Shown piece after piece: positions 38,637 to 53,000 of a DNA stretch of 64,000 nt. Source of the stretch: Haplodiscus bocki (Eukaryota); NCBI GenBank assembly GCA_965655095.1, contig OZ296650.1, forward strand, positions 134,106,001 through 134,170,000. Reading direction: 5' to 3'. The stretch's first letter is position 1. Each line of letters begins with the position of its first letter. Both the position numbers and the translations under genes were made by a program. Below the pieces are notes generated by a model. The model saw only the letters and a program-made list of their open reading frames with translations. It was not told the DNA's origin and made no database searches.

Positions 38637-39649
38637 ATGATGACCACCCGTGTAAATACGGCCCAAATAACTGCTCCCAATTTCTTGCGCAACAGTGAGA
38701 ACACATATATCCGAGGTGTTGTTTTGGTTTTTAAAAAATTTGATCGTCCCCTACAGTTATTTCGACCGCAAGCTGTAAAAGCTAAAAGAATGACCCCTGA
38801 CACAAACTATGATCGCCTAATCATCATCGGCGAAATCCAGACGCGAGAATGCTTTGCAATAATAGCAGATTCTGCGCAGAAAAGTTCACTCCTTTTTGCT
38901 GACCGAAAATTAACTATTGGTGCCATCGTTGATGTGAAAGAAGCTATTTTTTCCAACTCCTGCCTTGGTAACGATCGAACCAATCAATTTTCAACGTGTC
39001 TCTTCCGTTAGAGGTAGTTACCGACGACCTGCCAATGGAGCCTATTCCTATCGATTTGAATCCCTCGACGGGTGCAATGTTCCACTTCTGTCTCCCACAC
39101 CGACCCCTTTCGTTTTTGCACGCTATTCCTGTGTTTCCGACTTGTTCCGGTTTTTTGTGCGACAGAAGAAATAGAAAAAACGAAAGCATTTGTGCATGTT
39201 TGCAAAAATCAACTTTGTCAGCATGGGTCATGTCAGCAAGGGTAGTTAGTCAGGACATACTGAACGAAGACGATGATCCTCTAACAGGTGATATTCTGCA
39301 AAGTTTGTCATTGACCAAACTTTTTTGTGAGGAAGCTATCATTAGATCGGCATACACATCAATTGACAGGGGACTTTTGAGAGAAGCTGTCATGCGTGTT
39401 GCTAACCATGTTAATAACAATGGTGGGTGGAGAGTGTCAGGCTTCTACAAAACTGCTTTAACAGAAGAAAACATTGCGCAAAATGTTCAAAGGGTGAGAA
39501 TTTGTCGAATCACTCCAGCGATTGAGATCCCTGTGAACTTGAAGTACAATGTGATTCCTTGGAATGGAGATGATACAAACCAGCCACCACAACTTTTTCA
39601 CGCTAACGCAAATTTGCCGGCAAGTAACAATGCAAACAACATGAGATGA
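38637..39649 (+). pseudogene. ~330-aa Cys-cluster accessory gene (A2), 1-nt deletion frameshift
   Basis: ORFs 38619-39011 and 38996-39649. ACCAATCAATT versus ACCAATCCAATT in A1 at ~38985. Confidence 0.8.
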
Positions 39650-40981
39650 ACACTTAATTGAACCAACAAAACTCAAACAAATCTTATGTCAATCACTGTT
39701 GTGATAATTTTTACTACAGTTACAAATACTTGATTACCAGTTCAACACAGGTATTAGAGACATTTAAAACAAGGTGCAATGAATCATTCAGCAAGCTACC
39801 GAAAGTTGTTTGCATGCAACATCGACTGTCACAAGGCATTCGACCGTAAGGTGTTTGCCCAAAACTAATAGATCAATTGTCGTTAAAGAAAATGAGAGTT
39901 GTCATGAAGTGGATTTGTTTTATGTGCATCCAATTGAACTTACAAGGGTTGCTACCATTCAAGATACTTAGATTTCACTTTGTATTACTGGTCAACTTTA
40001 TTTAGCACAGTTTATGTTGTTTTCTGTAGTTGATACGTATAATGTTCATTAAAAATTAAATGGGTCATTCAGGAAAAGTTTGTGTGCAGCTCTTTATAAC
40101 TAATCACCTCAAATCTAATTCAATGTCCACTGAGACAGAAAATTTGCTACAGTTTTGTATAATTTTAACATAATTTTGAAAATTTCTGTTACAAATAATT
40201 CGGAATTGAAAGAAAAAACTGCAACGAGTTTTTATGAATTGGCCCAAGTAAAAATTTTGCGTCACCGACATTTTCCCAGCCCAATAGTTCAGTACAAACT
40301 TTCAGCAATGCTTGATTCCCGCCTTCAGAATGTTGACGGATTTCAGATGAAGTAGAGAAACTGACCTTTTACCTGGTTTTTCTTCTTCCACGAAAAATCG
40401 TCATAACCGTCATTATTTTCGGCAATTTGACCAAAACTGTTTTTTTTGTCGAAAAATTATCTTTCATTTGACACAGGTCCCGTCACGTTTTGACGAAAGC
40501 TTACATCACTTTTTTAACATCAAATTGGGAGAAATGACAAAATGATCGATTTTGGCCTATTTTTGACAAATTTGAAAGGTCATATCTCCTAGGGTAAAAG
40601 GCCCAGGCCAAAAATTTTTGGCATGTAGGTAGTTCACAACAATTGTGCTTCACACAAAAAAATTGGGTCCGATGCTATGGTTAAAGTGTGGAGATATTGC
40701 GAAAAAAACATCGAAACCTGCCAAAAAACAGGATCATTGCGTCATATCTCCCCAACCAAAAGAAAACAAATGATGTAAGTGCCAAAAAACTTCATACATC
40801 GGCGGACTCAATCCACATGCATAGTTTGATCAAAATCGTATGGTTAGGTTTCGAGATCGTGTTTTCTGCGGGTGGGTGCGGGTAAGTGTAAACTTGATTT
40901 TTGAAGCTCGGCACAGGGCCCCTCCCCCGCCTCGCAATACTGTTTTGTGGAGCTTAAGAGCGTGACCACCCAGTGGAGGCA

Positions 40982-42026
40982 CCGGTGAAAATCACCAGGT
41001 GGCGGTCACTGGAGAAGCACCTCTAAAATATGAAATATTACTGATAGTCTTTTCTTCGAACACATTAATGAGTTTTGCAAATGCCTGTTTAATACATTGA
41101 AATTGAGCCTGTGAAATCTTCATTGAAAACGACAGGACATTGAAGGCGAAGCTTCCAAACAGTTGGGCCCCGTTGTTTCTCCGTGGCGCTTCGCTAATCT
41201 CCGAAACAACGGGGCGGGGCAATTAACAAATTGAATTTCGAATTTTTTTTTCAATTTTGGGCCAAATTATGATTGTTTTTCCAGAAAATTTCAATACTTC
41301 AACCCACAAAAAAGGTTAAAATTCAAAAAAACTATGCAGTAAGAAAATTTTGGGGGAAAATTGGACAAAACAATTGCCATATATGAATTCTACAATCAAA
41401 ACTGAGTTCTTGGAAATTTTTAATTTTTTTTTCGAAAATTTCGTCATAACCGTCATTTCTTTCGGCAAAGTGGCCGAAAATTTGTCATCTTCGGAAAATT
41501 GCCTTTCAAGTTATGGAGTTGATTTCATACTGGAGCCACTGCAGAGGGCAAACTATGCACTTCAATGTGGGAGCTATGACGAAATGGTCGATTTTCGGCA
41601 TTTTTTTCCAAATTTGATCCGTCATATCTCAACACCTATGACGAGTTGGTAAAAAATTTTTTGCATGTGTGTAGCCCTTAGTTATTCTGCTTCACACGAA
41701 AACTTTCGGCCAAATGCATGTGGTTACTTGCAGGGCTGTCGGTAAAGAACTGGAAAATGAGGCCAAAAAACAGAATCATCCCGTCATAATTCCCCAACCA
41801 TTTTTGCTAGAATGATCTAACTTGTGCCATTGTTCTTAGAATTAAAAGTTATGCCCGCATGCAAAGTTTGATCCAAATCGTATGGGTGGGAGCTGAGATC
41901 GTTAATTCCCTATACCGTTTGTGCATATTTGTTTTTTCTTATATTTTAACGCGAGGCAAAGGGGCCCCTCCCCCGCCTCGCGAGGACCTATGTGGGGCGC
42001 AATCCCCTGACCACCCAGTGGAGGCA
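40982..42026 (+). mobile_element. Non-autonomous element S4 (1045 bp)
   Basis: Same termini as S2 and nearly identical to it except for a central segment. Confidence 0.87.
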
Positions 42027-43191
42027 AAGGTACCGTTCGCTAGAAAGGCCCAGTGATTGTTGGATAGAAAGCTGTGAACACCAATTGTAATGGATTTTTG
42101 TCATAAAAGTAAAAAAAAAAGGACAACTCTCATTCTGGACACAACAGAAGCTAAAACCGTTCAAGAAATGAACAACAAAAGCCAAAACTGACAATAAGAC
42201 CCTACTTTATCAAAGAAAAACCATTGAGTAAAAGTATGCTTTCCAACTCGTATTGAAAAAAACCAGGTCCGAAAACAACAATTAAATTTTCAGAAGAAAC
42301 ATAAAAGACAAAACAGCTGTATATGAAAAGTTTCAAAGCTCCTACACGTTTTCCCATTTGTAAATGTTTCTAAAAGATCGATATGTGTACATAGCAAAAC
42401 GAGGCTCATACACTGACGAATTTTTTCAACCTACTTCACTGTCCCATTTGAAACATGAAGTTCATCTCCGTTTAATCACTGCGACATTTTGAACAACAAA
42501 AACATACACTTCTGTGAGCGTACCACTGACTAGGGACGTCGAAAAGACTTCACGGGTCATCCAAACTATGAATCGGTCCAATTCAGAGTAAATCTCACTT
42601 TTAAAACTTTGAACACTTTCAAAGTTTTTTCATTTGTTTCTCCAACTTCATGAGTAAACTATTTCAACACAAGTGAAATCGCGAAACAAAAGTTCTAGCT
42701 AATTTGAGTAAAATGACAAAAAAACGTTGAACTTAACATTATCTTGACGAATTGGAGCATACATATGTCCCAATGCTAATGATAGCATCATTGATGAGAG
42801 ACCACTGACTTGAGAAAATTACTTCCAAAGTGCATTACTAACATTGAAAAGCGTAGTGAAAATTTCACAAAACCTTCAACGTGGATTTTTGAAGTAAATC
42901 GAAGTACTAAACAGACTACGATGCAGGTTACTGCCATAACGAAAAAAGATTTAATTAGGTGACAAAACAACAGTTGTTTGCGTCTTTGTAATGTATAACG
43001 AAAGAAAGTTTAAATGTAAAAGAGAGCATGTAAAATTGAGTTACTAAGGCAAATGTATTGAATTTATCGACGGCACTACAGAAGGACAATTGATGTAAGA
43101 CTTTCAAAAAGGAACATCTTTCTATGTGTTCATTGTCATTCGACTTCACAAAGCACATATCCGTAGGGGATTTTAAAAAATCCATAACAAA

Positions 43192-44184
43192 TCAATCACT
43201 CTGAACATTTGGGTTCGCATGTTGTAGTGGAGGTGGCCGATTGGGCGGTTGCCGAGCATTACCAATAGTATACTTCAAGTTGTTCGGGATTACCGAAGCT
43301 GGCATAAGACGACAAATTCTCACATGATGAACAGCCTGAGTAATTGACTCATCACTGACACTGGATTTGCTGTAGCCAGATATTCTCCAACCACCATTAT
43401 CGTTGACATATGCTGTCACCCTAGTCATTGATTCACGCAACAGATTCAATTCAACCGAGCTCGCTGGCAATCGCAGAACATCATTGCTGCAAAAAAACGA
43501 TGCCAATTGATGACTTTGGGTCATGTCTCCGCTCAGGGGATCGTCCGCTTCTTCTTCCACGTCCCTCGAAATGATGCGTGCGGCGACAGTCCACGACGAA
43601 ACTGAATTCTTCTGTAAGCAAGCGCACACCGTTTCACTTCTGAGAATACGGCGGTCGCACATAGTTCCAGAACACGTAGGTGATATAATGTTTCCATGCA
43701 AAAACAACAAATATCTACTGTTCAGAGTGTAATGGAACATTGCGGGTGTGCTGGGTAAGGAAATAATTGGAATTGGCGGAAAATCCTCATTGGTTACGGT
43801 ATTGATGACAACGATCGCCTGATGAGTTTCAATAATTGGATTATTTCGGTCATTCCCTAGACACGTGTTCGAATATATAGGCTCTGTAACCTCTACAACA
43901 GAACCAACAGTCAGATGACGATCCGAAAAAAGTTTAGCAGACTTCTGCGCGGAAGCTGAGATGACAACAAAACAATCTTTACTATTCCATTGACCAATAA
44001 TAGCCATTCTGTCATATGTCCCTTCAGGAAGTGGCCGTTTCAATTTTGTAGCTTGAGGTCTAAACAACTGAAGTGGCCGATCACTCTTTTTCAGGACCAA
44101 AACTATCCCCCTTATTACAGTGTTTTGGCTGTTGCGCAGGAAACCCTCGCCTGTAACTTCAGCAACAGTTACTTGTCTATTCAT
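43192..44184 (-). CDS. Conserved 330-aa Cys-cluster accessory protein (intact); possibly an OB-fold/Zn ssDNA-binding protein
   Basis: Uninterrupted ORF homologous to the A gene at 21683-22704. The function is inference only. Confidence 0.8.
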   Translation of the reverse strand: MNRQVTVAEVTGEGFLRNSQNTVIRGIVLVLKKSDRPLQLFRPQATKLKRPLPEGTYDRMAIIGQWNSKDCFVVISASAQKSAKLFSDRHLTVGSVVEVTEPIYSNTCLGNDRNNPIIETHQAIVVINTVTNEDFPPIPIISLPSTPAMFHYTLNSRYLLFLHGNIISPTCSGTMCDRRILRSETVCACLQKNSVSSWTVAARIISRDVEEEADDPLSGDMTQSHQLASFFCSNDVLRLPASSVELNLLRESMTRVTAYVNDNGGWRISGYSKSSVSDESITQAVHHVRICRLMPASVIPNNLKYTIGNARQPPNRPPPLQHANPNVQSD

Positions 44185-44850
44185 TTCTTAAAGAATGCAA
44201 ATTGATATATTCCAAACAAGAAAGTACACGATAAAAAAGACATGTCAAGTTTTGCAGTCTGATTTATTTTAAACGAAAAAACTCCCTATGAAGAAAGAAA
44301 AATTTTTGAAGAAAGAAAACTTGAGAAAATCCGTTTCTTTTATCAAAGCCTAGCAACTCTTCACTGCCGTCTATGGTACACTTTATGTGGAACGAACTGA
44401 ATCTGCAGCCATTTACCGGGTGTGTCCTCAAAACAGTTTTCCACTCCAAGGCAAAAAATAGTCGCACACTGAAAACCATATAAATTGAAACACAGATAGT
44501 ACATTAAACTCGACTTCCTCTCAACTAATTCTATTTCCAAAAACAAAACAGTTTACAACAGATTCCAGTAATAAAAAGTGCATGCGAAAAAGTTGTAAAC
44601 AAAATGCCAAAAAAGCGTTCAGCATCAAATAACTTCATCAAAAGTAGAAACATACTTCAACTAAATCAAAGGAAGATCGCCAATTCATTATTCACATTCA
44701 TAAACCATATGGCAGCACAAATAGTGCAATTAAACAATAAAACCAAGTCAAGATAGAAATGACCGCATTACAAATGTTCACGTGGTGTTAAAACACCGAC
44801 GGACTTCCTAATCATCAAGTTATCTTCATGGAGCTCGCGGTAATTGATGC

Positions 44851-45778
44851 CTATGCCGATTCGTGCAACCCACATCTGTTTCTTTTGACCTGCAAAAAAC
44901 ACATACTCTCAAAAAAGTTTGGAAAGGACTTGCTTGTTTTCACGATAAATCGTGGAAACAAGCAATTGCTTTTATTGAAACATAACAAACTCTCCAGTCA
45001 CACACTTCCAACTGCGGATTGGGTCCCCAGAAACTTTAAAATATTGATACTGAGTAAAGTGATAGTGTTATGCACGAAGTCTGTATGTACTCAGTTGGTT
45101 CGGATGTTCAATGTATCAACGGAGTAACCGCTGACGTTCATCTTTTCTTTCAAAACATCATCGGAAGTAAATATTCCTGCTTGTCTTCTGAAATATCAAT
45201 AAAACAAAAACCAAAACACTAACTTTGTTTCGAAGATTATTGCGTCTATTCCGGGACCGACGCAAAGTCAAGTCCTGCAAGCCATTGTTCAACAGTGTTC
45301 TGGATACCATATGATTCTCTAACAAGCTATTCAAGTGCAGATCTTTACTTTCATCTAATAAAATTTTGTACCGTTTTGACAGAATCGATTTCATTTTCAA
45401 GAAAATAATTCCTGCTGGACAATTTTGTAAGAGGTCGTTTAAATTATGTGCTCCTGATCGTGGCAAATTGGAAAAAGCCACGACATTGAATTTTCTCAAG
45501 TAGGCCAGCTTACTGAAAAAAGCCTCAGGACTCATTGCCGGACTCTTCTTGCTTGACAAAGAGTTATTGGCAGCATCATGCCAAATGATAACCTTTTTTC
45601 CATTCGTGTTGTAGAAATTCGATTCAAGAAGATAACATATGTTTTTTCCTGGCTGGTAGTTATTCAGTGAAGCATCCGAAATTGCACAAAATTGTGATTC
45701 GAACGGATCAAATAGGTGAGGTTTCTCCTGTGCTGCCCAATAAAGGGACGAGGCCGCCAAAACAAAATATTCAGACAT
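44851..45778 (-). CDS. Divergent SGNH-fold-like protein (B1); probable exons 45778-45224 and 44889-44851
   Basis: VLAASS, AIS(D/G)ASL, IIWHDAxNNS, PR and DLHL appear in SGNH block order. Donor AAA|GTTAGT and acceptor TTTTTGCAG|GTC are conserved in B1 and B2, adding VKRNRCGLHESA-stop in frame. Confidence 0.5.
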
Positions 45779-47098
45779 AAGAACCGAAAACAGAAGGACA
45801 ATGTATTATCGAAGCAGACAAACGAACGAAACATACTTTATAGTGTTTACTTAGCAATTCGAAAAACCGACGAATTCTCCATAACCTACTTTCCTTAATG
45901 TCATCTGCTTATTAGACAAAACAGTAAGTGAGCCAAAATTTCGCATCTGTTCCACACCTACAGACCCGTCATTACGGTCCAAAATCAAAATTGTACTCTG
46001 AGGAAAGGAAACTTTAGGTGAAATTCAAATGCCATATACCCGAATAATGAAAAAATTACTCAAGCAACCCGAGATGCACGAAAAAAGGGCCCGTCTTCAA
46101 TCGCTGCAAAAAAGTACATGGTGGTGAAAAACTTCAACTCACAAAAAGTAACCATAATGAAATTGCTTCTCATTCAATAACTGTTAGAGCGTTTGATGAC
46201 TGGAAAGAACAAGTGTTTACAGAGTCCGTAACAAGGAATATGGAATTGGTTTGAAAGGTGCCGCGCAACCAAAGAACTCCACTGCTATGTCATGTTTAAA
46301 GGCCAGTTTGTAGAACAGGGTTGCTGGAAAACCAACTCATATGAGTTAATCTAGCAAACAACATTCTAATTGAGAAATCGCAACCAGCCGATCAAAACAT
46401 ACAACATAAACTGCCACCGTCGGGTAAAAAACATTAAATCATTATATGAGTCAGAATTGTCATCTGAAACAGCTCACAATCAGTGAGATACTCAGAAAAC
46501 ATAAACAACACTGTCACACTGTACAAAACTCTTCAAATTGTCTTCCACTTAACATTTATTCACTAATTTTTTGCATTGGTCACCGAACGAAAAATTGAAC
46601 CCCTATACTGACTGAAATATTGAAATAATCTCTCGAAAACACCAAAAGAGCTCCTTCAGTGTTAATTTTAGACACACGTGGAAACAAATCGTTGCAGCAA
46701 AAGATTGTATGAAATTTTCAATTACCGTGTGATATAATTATATACGTTTTCCCACAAAGTATCATAGCATAAAAGTTCAATCAGGAGTCTAAAAAAGTTA
46801 CGCTGTGAGTCCAATGAAAAAGTTAATGAAAAATGAAAAAGAAATCCCGTTACAAAATTAATCTGATAACAATTACAACACGTCCACTTTTTCAAAGGTT
46901 GGCTCAAAAGTAGCAACAAACAATAGGAAACATTAAAATCAATCAACATGATTGGCTACAAAAAATATCTGCTGAAAAGTTGCTTTCACACAAACCAATG
47001 GTTCACGAATACATTGAAATACAAACGGTTTTTTCGATGGCAGCTTTACAAAACTTTAAACCCTTGAAGACAATTACATATCAGCAATCGAATAAACA

Positions 47099-50000
47099 CT
47101 AAAAGTTTTGCATGCATTCACAGTCCAGGGCTGTCTCGATGCCAGTAACTTTATACAAATCCATACGAACATGACATTCTGACAAGTAATCTGCAAGCGT
47201 TAGCATCACATTCGAATAATTCCGATTAAGCATTGCTCTTTGCCAATCCTGTTCAAAAGAGTAACGGCTTCGTGAAACGGCGTTGGAAAAGCCCGTCACG
47301 TAGGCAACTAGAGCCCAGGGTCTTCTTTCAACAGGCTTTGTCAATGCACTCCCAATTCCCGAATTATGCTCCTGCAATCGCCGCCGCAACTTCTTACAGC
47401 TTCCGATATAAAAAATTCCCTGTGTTTAACAGTCACCAACAAATAACAGAAACCAATTGCCGAAAGGAGTACATCAAAAAAACGTAAGGGAAACGGATAA
47501 AATGTTTGGGTCGTTGAAACACTGGAATTACGCCTGCCACGAGACGACAAAAAGTTATCTATCAAAGGTACCAAATGGCTATCTTTGCGGCAAAGAAGAT
47601 TAATTGCATCAAGTGTCCGCTGCTTGTCACCGACATACGTTATGTGGGAAAGATCAGTGACCCGACTAACAACTACATAAAGCTGCTCTTTCAGCCAGTA
47701 GGAGAATTTTTTACAACCAACAATCTGTGTTGCCAAGTTTGGAACAGTGTCACCCATTACTTTGTGAACTGTTGAAGCCACATACATTTTCAAAGGAAAT
47801 TGAACACGTCTGCAAACGGTGGAATTGCTATACTTATGGAGAACGCCAATTCTTTTACGAACAACTACAAGCCTCCAGGAATTAACGTCCGGGTTATTAG
47901 ATGACACAGACCTTACTCCGGCTGGTGCAACTCTAACAACAATATGAGGATCAAATTCATCGATCGACTCTACTAAACACAATTGTCCCTGGAACAGTTT
48001 CACCGATGGCAAATTGCAAGTTAAGCGCAATACACACCCAACATGAATAAACAAAGACTCTGGCTCTAGGCAACTTCTGTTGCGAAACTTCGTCATGGGT
48101 GCTGATGCGGTAACCCAATTCTGAGTTCCTGTATTTGACATTTCATCCTTACATTGGAAAGACACACTCTGTATGTTTTGATGTGTTGTTACAAAAGATA
48201 TTCTTTCTTCCACGGCCTCTTTTTCCGCAACTCTAGTACTGAACACTCTCAAACTATCCAGAGGGACTACAGACCAAGTGCTTACAAAATTACAGAATTT
48301 CTCAATTATTTCACAACACTCTTTAGCCATGCTTCTGTCACAGGATATTGAGACAGCAAGTCCAGAACTCTCTTTCCTTGTTGGTTCTGCATCCTCACAT
48401 AGTGCTTCAAATACCGAACCTCGAAATTAGCTAACACCGAGTTGCTCAGCAAAAGGAATGTTCCCGTAGGAGGCGGAAGTTGACGAAAATCACCTGTGCA
48501 AATAACAATCTTTCCTCCAAAAGGAACATTGTTTTCAGACACGGCTTGCAACACATTGTCCATTGCGGACCAAAGTTCAGCTGAAATCAATGAGACTTCC
48601 TCGACAAAAAAAACATCCAAACTCTCCAAAAAAGTAAATTTTACAGGATCACGAGCAAGACTGTTCAATGCATGCGAAACTAGATGACTCACCGTTTCAT
48701 TTTGAACGACGGGAAAAGGGATTAAAGCGTTTATGTGTCTTCCGCCGAAAACTGAAGCTCTCTCCGCAGCGACACTGGTTATGACGCATCTCAATCCTCT
48801 AGCTAGAGCCGCAATCACACAATGAATTAGCACATGGCTTTTTCCTGTGCCTGGTGGACCAACTATGAACTGATGTTTAATAAAAGCGGTCGTACAAGAA
48901 GAATAATTATCGTACAAAGAACAAACGTAATCCAAAATCTTCTGTTGATCATGCAATGATTCGTCAGTCTGATTGCGCGCTTTATGTATCTTCTGGCTCC
49001 AAGTGAAAGGACGTGCTAAGGTAGCGTTCATCAATTGTGCATACGTTGGTAAACCAACATAACCCCCATTGACAACTGCACACAAAAGACTCTCTTTTTG
49101 CGCACTTAATTCGTCTGAAATGTTGCTGTCACTCTGCTCCACAATACTCTGTTCTAAAACGCGCGGTTTTGAGCACGGGAAAACGACTGAAATATTTTGT
49201 GCTGCTTCCTGGATGCACAAATAGGCACTGGTAACAACTCGATCTAGTAAAGTTGATGATCCTGGGTAAAAGCGTAGTTGTTCAAGCACAAAGCGCCGAA
49301 CAACATCACTAATCTCGGAATCTTCGCATCCCAAAGGAGACCTCGCCAAAGAAGCCTCAAAGAACGCAGATTTCAAATCCGATTGCGAAAAAATGTCAAG
49401 TTCGGTTACGTATTCTCCAAGAGACAACAGAATGTGGGTCAAAAAATTGGTTGTGTTCCTCGGAACAACGTTCGACAAAACAACTTGAGTTTGACAAGCC
49501 TTTTTCTCATAAATGAACTTGTGACTTGAACTGCTCGTTGTACATGCAATGGCTTCACGACATTGCGTGGAAAAACGAGGGACCCCACTAGAAAAGTTGT
49601 TACAGTAGCTGAAAAAAGCCTCTTTGTACAAGGAATTAAGGTTATGCAATAGCCGAGGCCATCCACCCAACAGGATTTAGTTACATTTTTCTTTAGTAAA
49701 CTTTCTGGTGTCACTTTTAAGGGCTTTCGGAAGCGGCAGAACCAAGTGAAAAACTTTTCCACTTTGAGCACAGAAGTTAGTTCGGGGGGACGTACACCAA
49801 AAACTGTTATCTTGTCTGGAGAAAGAGAACTTTTTTCTGCATCAATTATCAGCAGCTTCTGATTATCCGTGAAGCAACGGTGAGGAGGAAAGCCCTTGCT
49901 GTGTCTAATAGCACTCTGCCGCCCAAAAAGAGGACCTTGATTGCTATTAGAAAGTCTGCATTTCGGTTCAATAACTATTCCAGCCCGTTTCTCTCGCGGG

Positions 50001-53000
50001 CCAGTGACAACGTGAATGAATTGAATATTGGTCACTACGTAAGGAATTTGCAATGACCACCATACAGATTCCGTTAAACACAAAATGCGAGAGTTAAAAC
50101 ACTTTTTATTCGGTTCTCTTTCCTTGTTCATATTGGTGAAGTACACCCCGGCAATTTTGTTGTTCACTTGTTGATGAACATGGAAATCATACAAATGTGT
50201 TCCACTTGACGTAGAAATAGAAACTTCGGTGCGTTCCTCCACGCCTGCAACATATTTTGACAAATAACGGCTACTCATGTAAATGTCGCAAATTTGTAGA
50301 TTGGTGCTAGATCGGACGAGGGCAAAAATTTTGGCGTTTGTTGGAGAAGTGTGCGTGTTACTTTCTGTTGGATAATGATGCTTGCCATCACAAAGACGCT
50401 GATCAAGGGTGACAGAACAATCAACATCACTCGACTCAGCTAATCCGATCTTCTTCAAAACTGCGATCGTTTCCTCAGACAATTCCTTGTGAATACATTT
50501 GTAGGTAAAACTAGCACAAGGAGGGTATTTGGGCACTCGGCAAGTTTTTTTTTCAATTTGTCAGTTTTTTTCTGACAACGAAATTTAGCTTTAAAACGGC
50601 TGTGTGATTGGTAACCGTTAAACAAATCTCGTAACTCGGTCAAGTCATCCAAACTATAATGGTGCAAACCAACTTCAGTCACTAAGTTCCCCAGAAAAGT
50701 TGTTGCCGAGCAACAAACTCTAGACCTTACTGCTTCACTAAAGCAATCTTCTGCCGTCCAAATCAAGGCATGTACATGAGGGAACCCACTGGCTTCATCT
50801 TGAAACTCATATCGATACCAAATCTTACAAACTTTTCCCAGTGGCTGCTCGGGTGACGTTTCAATGTATTTCATGACAAGACGAGAAGTTCGCTCCCATG
50901 CTCTGAACATTGTGACCATTTCAGATTGTATCGCTGATTTTCGGTCTTCCTCTTTACATCCAGCGCCTCAAAGTCTTTCGGAAACTTTGCATCCAGCGCA
51001 CTGAAAATTTTTCTCAAGCCAGGATGCGTCGACTGCCCACAACTGTAACTGAAAAAATATGTAGCTGGCCGATCTTTCAAAGCTGCTCCCAGTTCGTTAA
51101 CATTTTTCCGAGAATCACATTTATCGAAAAAAATTGCACCTTCTCGCATGGCATGAACATTCTTTCTTTGCCGAGCCGCTTCACTCCAACCTCTGTTCAA
51201 AACAATTCTGGTGTCATTGACACGCAGCTGTAGGTTAAATATTGTGTCAAATACGTATTGGACGTAACCAGGATCTGATGACGTCAACAGAGACGAATCT
51301 TTCAAGCGCGTTTGTAAATGTTGTTCTAAACTTGCGAAACCGAGCAATTCGTTTTGCTTCTGATCATTATACAAAGGAGAAGGTATTGCACCAGAATAAC
51401 TGCCGTCTGCGTTTTGGTGCCAAAAGATGGACGGAAACAACATGGCTTCCGGCTGAAGCAAAGGGACAGAGTTAGGGGGCGACGTCGCGGTGATATTCTC
51501 CAAAAATCTTTTGTGTCTAGCTGCAACATACAACGGAGACCCTTTACTCCTTTTCAGTAAACCGCATTGGCCATTCAATAAAACATGTAGTGGGAGCTGA
51601 AAATCAGTGCTGTCTATTCGGAAATCACGTTCCAAAACAACAGTTGAATCTCCAGCTGCAGTTGTAACAGGCAGCGAAACATGCGATCCCTCAGACTCTT
51701 CCTCTAAAATCCCAGGGTTGGTAACAAATTCCGAGGATGCGACCGTGTTGGTAGGCGATGTGGACCGGTTTTGTGAAGAGACAGAAACACGACTATGGCC
51801 ACAATCATCTAATTGACTTGAATCGCACGCTGAGCTTTTTGTGGACTCACCAAAGATCCTTTTCTTACCATCAAATACAAACTTCTTTTCCTGACTTTCA
51901 TCTTTAGAATGCATTCTGCAAACACTTGCCGAACAACCAGACACTAGGCAACGTAAAAAAGAACTTCTGCCACATGAGCATTTGAAACCACTGGAAGGAA
52001 AGTCACGGTAAGTAACAGAGAATGGTTCTTACAAAAGAATTTTCCTTGACCTGCCAGTGTTTCAAAATACTTTGACCGCATCTCACTAACATCGGCAGAC
52101 GTCTGCCGATAGTAAACACAGATATTCCAATAGTCATTTATAAAGTGATCAACCGCTGTATCACAAGGCAGCCTCACCTGTTCAGGGAAAATACTTTTGC
52201 TTTTATACACCCAAAAACTTTGAAAAACACCAACATGCCTCAAAAGAATGTTACTACGAGTCGCTAAACCTTCAGTAGCAATAAACTTCAACTCGAAAAC
52301 GGAATGATTAGTTTGAAAATTAAGAGGAGCTTTGAATTTAGAACGCAAAGTATTTACTCCAGCGTATGAAAAAAGTATGACATTTACTCCATCAAAATCC
52401 TGAGTTTCCAAAAAATGCATAATATCTTGACGGCTTGCTACGTTTTCATGAATGACATTGTCACAAAATTGTGAGACACCGAAACTGAGGCAACGAGATG
52501 GACTTTCCGGAAATCTTGTAAACAACTGCGATAGTTCATCACTCATGGAAGCATCGACAGTTTTTCTTTTGCAGCGACTGAAACTCGGAAAAACTACAGG
52601 GTCCAAAAAATGCAGCAAAGGAAACATCGCATTATCAACAGCAGCTGCATCAGATATACATCGACACAGTTGAGGAGAAATGCAGAATAAAGTTTGCAGC
52701 AACGACAAAAAGTAAGTCTTGGAGCTCAAAATGTTTGGAGGAGAGGAACCAAAAGAATTCGGAGGCTGAGCGAACGTCACAGACTTGAATTTTGAGCACA
52801 AGCGTTGTCCGTCAGTCAACCCAGGAAAAATGAATAAACGATACGTATCCGTTATAGACACACTTGTTGATGCGGAAAGACAAACAGCCGATTGTTCAAT
52901 GTTGGGTTTACTTTGAATGCCTTGTCGGATTTCATCAGTTATTTCGCCAGAGGACACTAAGTTATTCAAAAAATACTGAATATCCCTTCGGTAAAAACTA

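Larger units (their letters stand above)
24033..40981 (+). mobile_element. Family A copy A2 (16,949 bp), direct tandem with A1
   Basis: Near-identical to 7095-24032 throughout, with the same junction motif at both ends. Confidence 0.9.

Noticed and set aside
7095-40981. A1/A2 as a pure assembly duplication
   Set aside because: The copies differ by private indels and clustered synonymous substitutions; long-read confirmation is still advisable.
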